64,000 bases of DNA from positions 14,618,795 to 14,682,794 of the forward strand of contig NC_092670.1 in assembly GCF_964355755.1 (NCBI RefSeq), read 5' to 3'. Made by a program: the position numbers and the translations under genes. This document shows, piece by piece, positions 23,401 to 36,573 of this stretch. The stretch comes from Antedon mediterranea (lineage: Eukaryota; Animalia; Echinodermata). Each line of letters opens with the position of its first letter. The first letter of the stretch is position 1. Below the pieces are notes generated by a model. The model made no database searches, was not told the origin of the DNA, and worked only from the letters and a program-made list of their open reading frames with translations.

Positions 23401-26400
23401 CATTTACAATACTTATAGATGACTCGCAGTTAGCTATGGAGAAAGTTTTATCATATATCATTTTAAATGGCACATAAATGTCAATGCATAAAACGTTCAA
23501 GCAATGAACAATGTGCAACTAATATTAACATTTGTTATACGTTTGTCAAGACATTGTATACATACCTCTACACACAGCATATGATGAGCTGTATTGTCCA
23601 TTATCACACGTTATTGTTGTTTCTCCTACCAATGTATAACCAACATCACATGTGAATGTAATGGATCCTCCATGAGTAAAGCTTCCAGAATACTGACCGT
23701 TTACAATACTGATGGACGAATCACAGTTAGCTGGGGAGAGGACACATACACATGTATTTAGATTTAAATAAATGTGCATTTTTGAAAGATCTTTCCACAT
23801 ATAACAACATATATATGAAATATTTCTCTTTTACCCGATTGTTGTGAAATTGATCTAAACTATATCTTTTTAGCAACAATTGCAGTTCTAACATAGTAGA
23901 AGGTGCTTGCTCCAGTTCAAATTGGGCCAGAGATAGAGTAACACATTTCAGGTTAGCTCTATTTTAATATTGATATCGTGATAGTACTTACAACTACAAA
24001 CAGGGAATGCATCTTGATATTGTCCATCTAAACACACAGTACTTGAAACACCAACTAATGTGTATCCATCGAAACATGTAAATGTAGTTATGCCTCCATG
24101 TGATTGGTTTGACTTCACTCGACCATTAATGACAGGCGACGGTGTCTGACAATTAACTATAAGTTAAAGGTAGTTATTAGTTATACATATATAGTCTAGC
24201 ATTTTTTATAGATACAAGTTTGGGATCAATCAATTCTTCTCTGATGACATTAATTTGACATTTTTCTTAAAAAAGTAACATAAATCTAAATGTTTACTTT
24301 TTTTTATTTCTGTCCTGTGGAATACTGAAAAGCGATTACATTTCTTGACTACAAGGCAATGAATCATTGTAAGAGCATGTCACACTGGAAGGAAGAAACT
24401 GTATGAACCCAGTGTCATTTAAAAAGTATACATTGAAAGGACGATGTCTGCATGAAAGACATTTATAAAAATTGGTACGTCGTCATGATTTATCCATTTT
24501 CCTTTCAAGATATATATTTGGCGGAAATGGTATCTCGAGTCTATACAGGTAAAAGTGTCATACTCATAGACAACCAAAACCATTGTTGGTTTTGTAATCA
24601 AAACCTTTGAGGAACTTGGCCGAGTATAATCAAGGTAATTCTAATAAATTTTACTTTCTCTTGAATATTCTTTAAAATAAACAGATAAAATCTTGATATC
24701 ACCATTTTAAATTAATATTACCTGTAGATTTAGAAATATTATTTATAAAAACAAAAAGCTTTCGGATTAAACCATTAGTAATTTTAACTTACGTCGACAT
24801 TCAGCAATAGCTGAGCTAAACTGTCCATTATTACAAGAAACTGTAGATTCTCCAACAAGTGTGTAACCAAAGTTACATACAATATTGAAAGAACCTCCAT
24901 GGATGAAGCTGCCAAATATTAGTCCATACGCAACACTTGTTGTAGAGTCACAGTTTGCTGAAAGAATAATGAAAGTGTAATGCTTAAGTTAGAGTGATGT
25001 TGGTACTTAAAAGAATTTTGATAGCTCGTAGGCCTAATTCCTGAATAGAAATCAATTGAAACACGGATGTCATCTATGGTTGAAATAAGCAGTTTGTACA
25101 AAACGATTTGTAAAATAACTGTACCTTTACATTCCGCATATGATGAGCTGTATTGTCCATTATCACACGTTATTGTTCTTTCTCCTACCAATGTATAACC
25201 AACATCACATGTGAATGTAATGGATCCCCCATGAGTAAAGCTACCAGAATACTGACCATTTACAATACTTATAGATGACTCGCAGTTAGCTATGGAGAAA
25301 GTTTTATCATATATCATTTAAATGGCACATAAATGTCAATGGAAAACGTTTAAGCAATGAACAAATGTGCAACTAATATTGAAATTATAATACGTTTGTC
25401 AAGACATTGCATACATACCTCTACACACAGCATATGATGAGCTGTATTGTCCATTATCACAAGTTATTGTTGTTTCTCCTACCAATGTATAACCAACATC
25501 ACATGTGAATTTAATGGATCCTCTATGAGTATAGCTACCAGAGTACTGGCCATTTACAATATTGATGGACGATTCACAGTTAGCTGGAGATATTAAGTAA
25601 TATATTAGGAAGCTTAATAGTGGGGCTCCTTAGACCCAAAGTACTTCAAATTTAGTTAGAAGCATAAAACTTGGTATGGCAACTTGTATAAAAAATGTGC
25701 AACTTTTAAGATTTGAGGCCACTTAAAATTTGACCTCAGATAATGTCCGATTCATCAGAATTCGCAAACCGTACATCCTAGAACGCTGCTGTCATAGAAA
25801 CATGAAAATAATGGCAAATGACAGGGGCGGACGCAAGGGGGATTTCCCCAGTTGCCCGAGCAACACCCTTAATTTCATGCTAAATGTTTTTTCTGTCACT
25901 AAATTAAAATTTTATCATTAATAATGAGAAGTTAAAAGTTATGTCATCTTCTTGTAAAGGTCTTCAAGTTGAATTGTGGTAACCACCTGCGCATCTAAAG
26001 CGATTTATTTACAGTTTTATTAAAGTTATTCACTTCAATAGAAAATAAAATGAAAAAAAGACAAAATAAACTTAAATTTAACAATGTGACTATTTTTTTG
26101 CTTTAAATTACAGTTTTTTCAGGTTTTACACACAAGACTTAGAGACCAGCATTAAGGTTTAAACAAATTTAATATCATATTCATTCTACTCCTACAATTA
26201 TAACAAGCAACTAGAATTTAATTCGTCACTTTGACGAATTATAGGTGATCATTTTTATCATTTTAATGAAATTAACATTTTTTAAACATGCATGTACGTT
26301 AAAATGCGACCGTAAAAAGTTGATGTACGCCAACCTATGACATGATGCATATACAGATAGTGCTGAGTTGTACCTATTATGTGTCATATACAATATGTAC

Positions 26401-29400
26401 AGTATATACTGTATATCTATATACAGTGTAGCATAGGTGAAATTACGGGACCCACATCATGTTCTAATTTTTTGGTATGATGGAATTATCATAATAAACT
26501 CGAAGATGACAATTTAGAAAGATAATGAATTGAGCAAATAAATATAAGGATTGGAAGAGAATTTAACAAGTAGAAGCGCAATGCGCGCTCTTTGAAATTT
26601 GTATAAATTTGACGAAAGAGAGAAAAAAACTACTTTTTAACTTCAACTGACCATTTCATAATGTCACAACATCCGATAGGCTTAATTTTTATATGAATTC
26701 ATATCTACATTTCATCAGCTTTTACAATAAATTATAATAGTCAAGGTCACCTTTAATTCTGAAGAGCTGTAAGATATTCAAATGTATGGTATAGCTGAAA
26801 ATACATGACCTAGGTTATTCAAGTTTTTACGCATGATGACGTCATCAAAATAAAAACTTTGACAACTCATGAGAAAGATAATTAATTGAGCAAGCACATA
26901 CTAAAATTTGTTCGAAACTTGGGTTCAAATAACGGAGATGCGCTCTATTGAATGTGATAACCCACACAAAAAGATAAAAATTACTAATTGTGGCCATTTG
27001 ATGACGTCATATCATTTTGTACGTCTAATGTGTATATACATTTATATCTACAACTCATTTGCTTCCATATTAAGTTTAAAAAATTGGATGTCACCTTCCA
27101 TTCTGAAGAGTTATATTCATTTTAAAAAGGCCTTATTTTTCACCATTTTCAGCACTTTGATGCAATTAATTTGCGCATTTTGTCATTTTTAACCTGCTCG
27201 TATAGCGTTATTTTAAGTCGGAACTGACTCAAATTTGGTGAATGTACTAAGGATCGTGAGTAGAATGCGATTTGTAAAAAAAATCGCATTTTTTACGCTT
27301 TTTAAGTATCGCGCGCGCAAAATGTTTTTTTTGCGCAGTAATTTTTTGAAACACGCAAATGGCCTAATTCATGCTCTAAATTGATCAAAACTTAATTTTG
27401 AGCTTTTTAAATTTTTAACGCACAAGTTTTTATTTGCTAATATTTTTACCCTTGACCTGAAGTTTACGTGTAGTGAATTTCATTAATATGTGATAATGAA
27501 TTATGAAGATATGATTGATAATGTGATTTCACAAAATGGCGTATAAATGACGTCACGGTTGAGTGATCACGCTGAAAAGCTTATTAGGATTAAGTTACAG
27601 TATTTGAAAGATATTGTGAAATTTTTGTGATCATTAACATTTTATTTTTTGAGATAATTGACACACAAAATCTGTACAGAAAGAAATAAAGCGGAATAAG
27701 ATTTCGTACAATAACGATAGGTGATCATTTTATTCTAAATGATCACTTAATTATTACTACATCTACGGATTTTCAATTTGACTTCTCGGGGGCTACTCGT
27801 CTTTCAGTAGGTTCGATGATCAACCTAGACAAATCGTTTTCCTACCGTATGCAATTGATTGTGGATTATTCTAATCAGTGGCGGCTGGTATCTAAATTCT
27901 CCCTTTAATTCCTCTTGGTTGAGTAAAAATTAAACAGTACTGTTATGAAACAAAGCCCAGAATGAATTGGAGAATGATACTTTAACTGGTATAGCTAGTA
28001 GCACAGTGACTAGAGTGAGTGTACAAAGTACTTGCATTGAAAGTTTGAGTTTTTTTGAGAGGATCGTCGTCTACGAATGTATGACTCAGCGATAAAATAT
28101 CATTATTCCTAAACATAGCCTACTATGGTCGAGAACTATCCGTGTCCATCAAAGGTAGATAATTCCCCCTTGACAGGTTGTGGCAAAAACATAACCTGTG
28201 CGTAAACTTAAATGTATATAAATAATTTTTTTGCCGATACAATTTTTGGTCAATAACTATTATGGGACATTAAAATGGCATATTCAACAGAAATAATTGA
28301 AAAAATATTTTTTTTTTTTCAGGAGCAAAATATATCTTTAAAGGTCATGATAGCCATATTCTGTACATTCATTGCCAAGTATAATTGTACTCCATACCTG
28401 ATCATGATCATTGCAATACAATAATAAATACAATACTACAATAAAATAACCTTACCAAAGCAGCGAGGAGGTTCCTCTAAAAAATTACCATTTCGACAGC
28501 GTAAATATTCATTTCCAACTAGTTTATATCCATCTAAACAATTGCACTGAATCACACCACCGTGCTTGATCGAACCATTAAAACTACCATTTAAAAGTGT
28601 TAGTTGACAATCGGCTATAAAAAAAACATGATAGAGAATTATTGAAATTGTGTTGCTTATTTCAAGGAAATCTAACGAAAGGACACTTAGCTCGCCTTGC
28701 CAAGATAGGAATACACGTAACAGTTCTTCGATCTTATGTGTGAGACGGCGACAAATAATAACATTGTTTTTTTAATCTGTTATATATAGCTCATTACAAT
28801 GAAATGTGACCCTTAAGTTTATTAATCATTTATCGAATTAAGTTATAAAATAATGCAATTATAACAAAAAAATACAATATTAATTACGTCTTACTTTTGT
28901 TTCTCCTGTAAGTCATTATACATCTTCCGATATTAGAATCATTTTCTTCAACTGCTAAAAATGCAATAAATAATAAAACTATTGTATCAACATAGATGAC
29001 GCAAGATGCAAGAGAAGGAATTTGGATAACGTCATAATTTGGTAAAGTTATCCAGCTAGTGAGATTTCTATTATACGTCGCATGGCATTTATGCAAATAA
29101 ACCCAGGTGAGCATACGTTCAACAACGATTACGTTATCATTAGCTCATTTACGCATACTGCCGTTTCATTTTTCACAAAGTTATGTAATATATTTATATA
29201 ATGGGTGTGGCTTAAGTAATGGCAACCTTGTATTGTTTAAATTATATTTTATATAGTTCCGTGGTTTTGTACATGTCATAAGTTTTAATTTAATACCAAA
29301 CTTGCCAAATTAATTTGATTTCTTAAATTTTCCCACGAAGTTATGTAATATATATTAGGATGGGGCTTTGATTTAATTTGTTACCTAACTTGCCATATTT

Positions 29401-31009
29401 ATTTATTTATTTATTTAATTTTTTCACAAAGTTATGTAATATAATAGGTGTGATTTTTATGACGTTGTTATATTGTGAAATTATATTTTTCTAATTTTAC
29501 TGGTATTGTACATGTCATAAGCTATAATTTGATATTAGACTTGATATCTATATTTATGTAATTTATAGTTTTTTTTATTTTCACATAGCTACATAATAAT
29601 ATTTAAAAATGAGGTAATTAAATTGTTCGAATTGTCAGGCACCCCTTCTAGAATTGTTAGTTAGGTCCTAAAGAATGTTTCTGTTAAGTTTGATGCTTTT
29701 GTCACAAAGTGCACAAACTGGCCAAAAATATGACCTAAGCGACCAGAATAATATTATCTCTAGATGGGCTTTTCGAGATTATTTATAAACCAATAAAATA
29801 TAGACGTGGAGGACTTGTCTTCGTGGTGGGCTTCTTTTTGATATTACACGAAACCAATTAAATGAGATGGGCGTTAATAGCTTCTTTTCAAGACTTTACA
29901 GTACTGTTGGTCTAAACAACGTCTCTTTTAAGTACTGTAGATTATTCTGATCTGATAAACGTAGAATCGTATAAGTTATCCATCCATCAAACTTTGTTCG
30001 TCAATCCGCCAACACTCATAAAGACAAAAAAAAGGGGTGTGTAGAAAGCGACGACCTCGAATTGGACGACCCCAACGACCCGGGCGACCTCGAATTGGAC
30101 GACCCATAACACGAAACCGACGACCCTAGCCTAGCCTAGGCCTAAGTGTGGTATAACATCCCGAAGCCGAACATAGCCAAAGATCTTTAAACCATACCTT
30201 ATATAATACTCGCAAGCAAGCAATTGATTGAAAAAATACAGAAATATCGCCATTTCATACTGAATGTGTCCACACGAACAAACGAACAGATATGGAACGC
30301 CAAGAGTGCATCATTAAAACTGCATTCGATCCGATTAGCACACGAAATACCAGGTCAAAACGGCCCCTTTTTCAGCGGCGGGTGAGAAGGTTTTACCGTA
30401 TACAATGCATGTGTGAAATGTAAAGCTTTTCTTATGGCCCTCCCCCATGCACATGTTCACAACACGCTGCTTGGTAGGCATATAGTGTTCGTTATAAGAA
30501 GACCAGATGTAATTATACGTCCATGGTTCAACCATGTAATGTATAATATTTATTTCTTTTTAATTTATTTTTAATATGTCGAATGCAGTTTTAATGATGC
30601 ACTCTTGGCGTTCCATATCTGTTCGTTTGTTCGTGTCGACACATTCAGTATGAAATGGCGATATTTCTGTATTTTTTCAATCAATTGCTTGCTTGCGAGT
30701 ATTATATAAGGTATGGTTTAAAGATCTTTGGCTATGTTCGGCTTCGGGATGTTATACCACACTTAGGCTAGGCTATAGGGGTCGTCGGTTTCGTGTTATG
30801 GGTCGTCCAATTCTAGGTCGTCCAATTCGAGGTCGCCCGGGTCGTTGGGGTCGTCCAATTCGAGGTCGTCGCTTTCTACACACCCCAAAAAAAAGATATA
30901 ACTTACCATTAGACTGGATCCTACTCGTGGGTTGTGGGAGTGTAGTCCCAGACACATAGGAGTTGATCATCAGGAAAAACCAAGGAAATAGAATCATTAT
31001 TTTCTTCAT
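20465..31009 (-). CDS. Secreted multi-sushi (CCP/SCR) repeat protein; exons 31009-30907 (signal peptide), 28614-28456, 25583-25419, 25289-25125, 24957-24793, 24156-23992, 23730-23566, 23433-23269, 23138-22974, 20629-20465
   Basis: Nine phase-1 exons (one of 159 bp, eight of 165 bp), all AG/GT bounded and stop-free, each C..NG....HGG...F.C..GY.LVG...I.C.NG.....C. The first exon encodes MKKIMILFPWFFLMINSYVSG... and ends G|GTAAGT; linking it to the sushi exons is inference. Confidence 0.85.
22797..22861 (-). pseudogene. Truncated, degenerate sushi exon
   Basis: Acceptor, then ANFASFIRIANGRFSASYTHG*. It abuts a piece (22735-22790) duplicated from 28764-28812. Confidence 0.65.
26208..27752. mobile_element. 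Helentron-associated (HINE/DINE-like) non-autonomous element
   Basis: Starts AACTAGAATTTAATTCGTCAC..GACGAATT (hairpin). ATAGGTGATCATTTT occurs near both ends, with a terminal hairpin GTGATCATTT...AAATGATCAC. Confidence 0.5.
30034..30886. mobile_element. Foldback MITE (MULE-like) with TIRs of about 300 bp and an 8-bp A-tract TSD
   Basis: GGGGTGTGTAGAAAGCGACGACC ... GGTCGTCGCTTTCTACACACCCC; 30034-30330 is inverted at 30583-30886; A8 on both sides. Confidence 0.88.
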
Positions 31010-32332
31010 TTTAGTTTATGTACAGCCAGCACATACATACGAAATGATGAAATGGTTGATTTCCTCCGACAACATCTTTATGTTAAAAAAAAACAGTATG
31101 CATAATTAAAACCAAAGGATTGGAAATGTGATGTTTAATTCATTTTCAAAAACTATACCATTGTTTTATTAATGATTAGGCCATACTAGATGATTCTCGA
31201 ATACACAGTTATTTCAGCGTAAAGAAAACTGGCGACTTCAAATGTACGTACCGCAGGACAATACTAATTAGTAATTGTCGTTTACAGAAACGAATAATAT
31301 ATATTGTTTGTAATTATTATTTAATACAAACGTTGAGAAGCAACTGTCAGTAATAAAGTGTATTTGTATATTATGTATTTATAATCAAACAGTGGCTTAC
31401 CCACACACACAGTAATAAAGTGTATTTGTATATTATATCTAACAGTACCAACACTCACAGTAAGAAATTCGCGTTTCAAATGGCGACCAAAAGTGGTTAA
31501 TACGTATTTACAGTATTGCAATACTATACCTTAGGCTTTAAGTTTATTCTCCACAAGGGTCCATACATTTTCCAATTTACCTACTTGTGTTAAACAAAAT
31601 AATTTGGAATGTTTCATTCATCGCAAACGAATACATTTGTATAAACGTATAATAATGCTCATTCGTTCTAAATGCATAAATAGAATACCAATAATCCCAC
31701 TGTAATTACTGAATTTGTCAAAAATAGATGATACATGGCAAATTTTACCATTTGGAAATACAGTACAGAAAATCAAGTGAAAAGCATGTGAATACAAAAT
31801 TTAGGATCATAGTAGCCATATTCACCAAACCAATCATACAAAAAATCTAAAATAAAAATTCCCCCTTACTGGTATTCATTAGATAAAAATGTTTTAATTC
31901 AAAGGGTAAGTGTTTTCTTTAGCCATGGTTGGTAAATACGGCACTGAGTGACTGACACATAATTAGACTACCGGATGATACACCAATTAAACAAACAATG
32001 AAGGAAACTAAAAAGAAAGTAAAACCACCACCAATCAAGGAAAACAAAAGATAACTGGATAAACCAAATAAAACAAACAAAAAAGGGGGAAATATAGACA
32101 CATTAACAGACCAACCTGCCCTAACCAGAAAAAGTTGAAAACGTGGAAAGCTTAATGTCTGAATTACAGAAAATGTTTAAGAATGATACAGCACTGACTT
32201 CTTAAATAAACCAGAAACACAAAAGCAGAATTTATCTTAATCATTAATTCACAATAGCCAGACTTTCGCTAAAAACCAGCGTCAAATTCACTATTCACAC
32301 TTAGGGAAATACAATTAACATTAAAAATTTAA

Positions 32333-35300
32333 GAGCCAATGTCTGTAAAAATCAAAGATTTTGTGGAAGATGTAAAAAAAATGGATTTCTCTTAAATTTT
32401 TACCATGGATAGGCACTTCAATAAAAAGCATATCTACAGCATTCATTTTAATTGTTAGCCTTCGTTGCCATGTCAACGGCTAATTATCCAAATTTGGATG
32501 TTTTTGCCATTTTTCACAGATTCCGTATAGTGAAAAAGGATGAACTTGTATACTTATTTTAAACCAACAAAACTTACATAAAACAGTTTTTGTTTATTAC
32601 AGCTAAACAACAAAATATTGAGTTTCATTTAATGTATAAAATTACAAAAACATTCCTATAACTTCCAAAGTGGTATTTTTATATCAATGAGGTTTTTTTA
32701 ATTTGATAGTCAATAGTTTTTTCAACAATAAACATTAAAAACAAGGCCATATAGATGGCTGCAGTCGCGTGCTCATTAGTGTTTACCGACCGACCAACCT
32801 ACCAACTGACCGAAATTACTGTACATGTTTAAAAATGTTGAAATGTAAAAACATTTATATATTTTTTTAATTTACACGTGCGTAGCCTGTCACTTTTGAC
32901 GTCCTCGTATAACGTAATTTCGAGTTGAAAAGTAAGTCAAGAAAACAGAAATCGGGCAAATAGAGTGCGCAATAACATTTAACGCGCAGTGCGCGCGCAA
33001 AAATCTGCGCACTCATGGCAATTTTGTAAACGCTTAAAATTGCCTGAAACGTACTCTTATTTCATCGAAAATAAATTTTGAAAATTTTAAGCGCGCGTAC
33101 GCATGCGTTACATGCGCTACGTATGTAATTGTATTGCCATATGATGATTTATGCCCTGAAATTTATGAGTACCAAATTTTATTTAATTGTGATTCATGGT
33201 TTTGAAGATATGATTACAAACGTGATTTCGTTAAATCGTGCGTAGACCGCGTAATTTTTTATTGCGCACCGTGAAAACATAACCACATCGATTCCTGGCC
33301 ATAAGGAATATACTGTGACAAATTGACTTAGCTAGATTAAACTGATATCAAGATAAGGTCAGAAAGCGATAAAACGCATAGTGATACCGGACCGACAGAC
33401 AGACCGACCGACCGACCAACCGACATAGTAAACTATAGAGTCGCGTCCACGCGACTAAAAAAACTGAGGTAAACTACATACATAGCTTTTGTGTTGCCAA
33501 GAAAATACGAAAAATACAAACAAAATAACAACAAACAAAACACAAGAAATTAAATTCAAATATGGTTAATCCAATAATAAAATGTATTTGGCTTGCCATA
33601 ATGTTACTAGAGTCATACGAATAGTTTAGATAAAATACGAGAATGTTTTGCCAGGTTTATTTCAATTCGTCACTCGTCACACGAACCGGGGAATCGTCAT
33701 TTTGGCACGAATTTTTTTTGTATATTTCGAAAGTATTTATTCTAAAGAACAATTGATGCAAATATCAACTGCGTATCTTATTTCATTAATTATTTTAATT
33801 ATAATTTGGCGAATACTGTATGATATTATAATCATTCGTCACACGAAGCGAATATGGAATGTCGATTCGTCACTTTGTGGGAGGAAAACGCGCATCACGC
33901 ACACTGTTTACACGGCTCAATAAACTGCGAATATGCGATTCGTCACTAATTGCAGGTGATCTGATTGGTTTATTACGTATCTGGAACATACCATTATTTG
34001 ATGGACAATGTTCAGTCTCGCGAAGACAGATTGAGCATATATAGGTTATAGAATATTGAACAGTATTTTACCCAGTAAAATCTGATTTATGTGGTTATTG
34101 ATAAATCACCTCTATTGATGATCCTACTAAGGATAATCTTTCATTTCTGTATACACGTTTTTATTAAACAATTCATACATGTTGATGTTAGACTATTTAC
34201 ATACTGTATTTTTTTCTTGCTTTTTAAATTATATTGTTACGGCATTAAATTAGTTCGTCATTAAATACCTTGGTGGGCATGGCTATAAAAAATTCTATAC
34301 TGTATATAGTCTGCAAAACTGTGATAGGCCCTACACTAATTACATAGTCATAGTAATTTTATAGTCATGCGTAAGATAAAAAAAAAAACGAAATTTGAAA
34401 CCAATATTAAATATAAAATGTGATATTTTACATGCTGACCTTAAATGAAATTGTTATCAAAAACTTTTCATCTCGTTTATTTCATCTTTTATAAATAATA
34501 AAAATCACAAGGTACATAGCACTTTTGAATTTAAAAAGGGTAAAAATGCATTTCACACCAGGGCTTCAATAGTTGTAGCATTAACATACCTGAGTATATC
34601 AATGACTTTTGATTGGTTAAATTTTGGGGAAGGGAAGTGGTGGAACCAGGATTTTGAAATAGTTATGGGGAGGGTTGGAGGTGAGGGTCTTAACAATTAA
34701 AGTAAAGATCTGAACTTAACTTTATGTCCTATCTTTTGCATTGCAATTTTTAAATTTGGCGGACTGGGTGGGTGCAGATTGAATCCGTCTATTGGTTGGG
34801 GCAATGGTAGCGACAGTGTGGTAGTTTTGTGACGAAATTAGGGTGGCGCTTGGCTGCATGAATTTAGTTTTGTAGTTGGTTATCTTTTTGTGGTTGTGAT
34901 GGGGAAGGGAGAGGTTTGGGGTGTGAGATGAGTAATCTGTTGCAAAGATTAAAATTTACAACGATCTGGTATAATTTATTCAAATTTCCAGAGGATATAA
35001 CTTGAAAATGACACTAAAACTGGGAATTACAGAATCTATAATTACAAATATTGTTTTTTTTTTCTCACAAAACAACTAGAATTATATAAAACAATAAGAA
35101 TTGTTCTGACCAAAGGGTTTATAATCAGATAATCAAAGAAAACAAAATGTTTTTACTAATATACCATGTTTTTTTAAAATAAAAATGCCTATATTTCTGG
35201 TAACATCGCTTACCCCAGCATTTTATTTTAGAAATCACTTATTAAACATTAGACCTACCTATTTGTAATAAATCAGCTTAAAAAAATACACCACTTTGGG

Positions 35301-35711
35301 CGTTATGGTGAAGTAATGTTTAGTTGTTTTTAACAATTTAAACAAACTAAAAAACACCCCTTTTTAAATAAATGGTATCTCCCAAACTATGAAATTAAAA
35401 ATATTTTTAAAAAATGAAATGGGTACATAATGCATTGATATTATGCATACACTTATTATTTTTTATAATTGGATGAACAAAAAAAAATATCGTTCATTAA
35501 AATACTACCAATATCAATTTTAAAAAACCTTAATAAAGAACAAAATCACAAATTTGCCCGTTGCCATGGAAATATATTTGTGAAATAAAAAATATTTCAT
35601 ATTTGATTTTTCTCAACAGATATATAGCCATGTGCAAAATTTTAAATAAATCCATTTTTATAGTGGGCCACTATTTTTGATTTGATCTTTTATTGTTACA
35701 GACAATGGCTC
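32333..35711. mobile_element. Kolobok-like non-autonomous DNA transposon (TTAA TSD)
   Basis: TTAA|GAGCCAATGTCTGTAAAAATCAAAGAT ... ATCTTTTATTGTTACAGACAATGGCTC|TTAA; imperfect TIR with RR/YY termini. Confidence 0.75.
32738..33463 (+). mobile_element. HINE/DINE-1-like element (other copies at 44964-45087 + and about 49790-50074 -)
   Basis: AAACAAGGCCA start, (CCGA/CAGA)n microsatellites, and a 3' hairpin AGTCGCGTCCACGCGACT followed by an A run. Confidence 0.7.
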
Positions 35712-36573
35712 TTAAACATTCTAAGTCCTTCTACATCAGGTGGTTAAATCAGTACCGAAAGTACGAACCAACTTTATATACCATCGAGTAAAAGTTCTAG
35801 AAGTAACGTGTGATTTACCAAATTTTGCCCATACATAAATTTATATATAGATTACAAAATTAGGTCATCTTCTTATATCCACCTTCCAGAACACAGGACC
35901 ACAAAGTATTTATTGAAAAATATTATTTAATATCAAAGAAATACATGTTTTCTTAAATAATTATATTTACCATTATCATTCAATAGAAAATGCATTAATA
36001 TGATTTATACTGTAATTGAAATGTATCGTTTAATGTTTTAAGTTTTGTTGTAAATTTTTGTTCACTTGTATATGTTTTGTTTAATGTCGTCCCTGTCACA
36101 AAGCATGTTGCTTTTTAGGTGATGCTACCATTACTTTTGGAAATAAATGTTTCTATTCGGGAACGCTTGTTGTGTCCCAAAGGTGTCCACTTAATAGAGT
36201 TCTACTTTATTATAATGTATATGTATTGTATGTCAGTTTGTTAGAAATTATGGAATTCATATTTAATCAATAATATCTTATTAGCTGAAGGCTAGATGGA
36301 AAACTCCGATCGAATCCGTTTAAATGGCAAATCAATATATTGGATTATAGCACATGAGTTTAATTCCATCTATTCTATAAATTGCTTCATCACAATATAT
36401 ATTTACAGCTTCTCTTTCCCCTTTGTTGTTCTTGCTCCAGCCTTTCTGTTGTATTTCTAGATATGTATATATTGATATAGATTTTTGTAGCATACAGCTA
36501 ATAGTGTCTGGAGGACAGAATATTATGCTGTAAAACTTGTCATTAAAATACTGACTGTATACTCTTGTTGTAG

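Larger units (their letters stand above)
31186..35851 (-). mobile_element. Non-autonomous Helitron copy carrying nested insertions
   Basis: 5' A|TC at 35851 and 3' ATCATCTAG|T at 31186. 31186-31650 and 35730-35851 match the other family copies. Confidence 0.65.

Noticed and set aside
30773-30906. Arg-rich protamine-like peptide (RRPRIGRP repeats)
   Set aside because: It lies after the GTAAGT donor and reads through the MITE TIR subrepeats.
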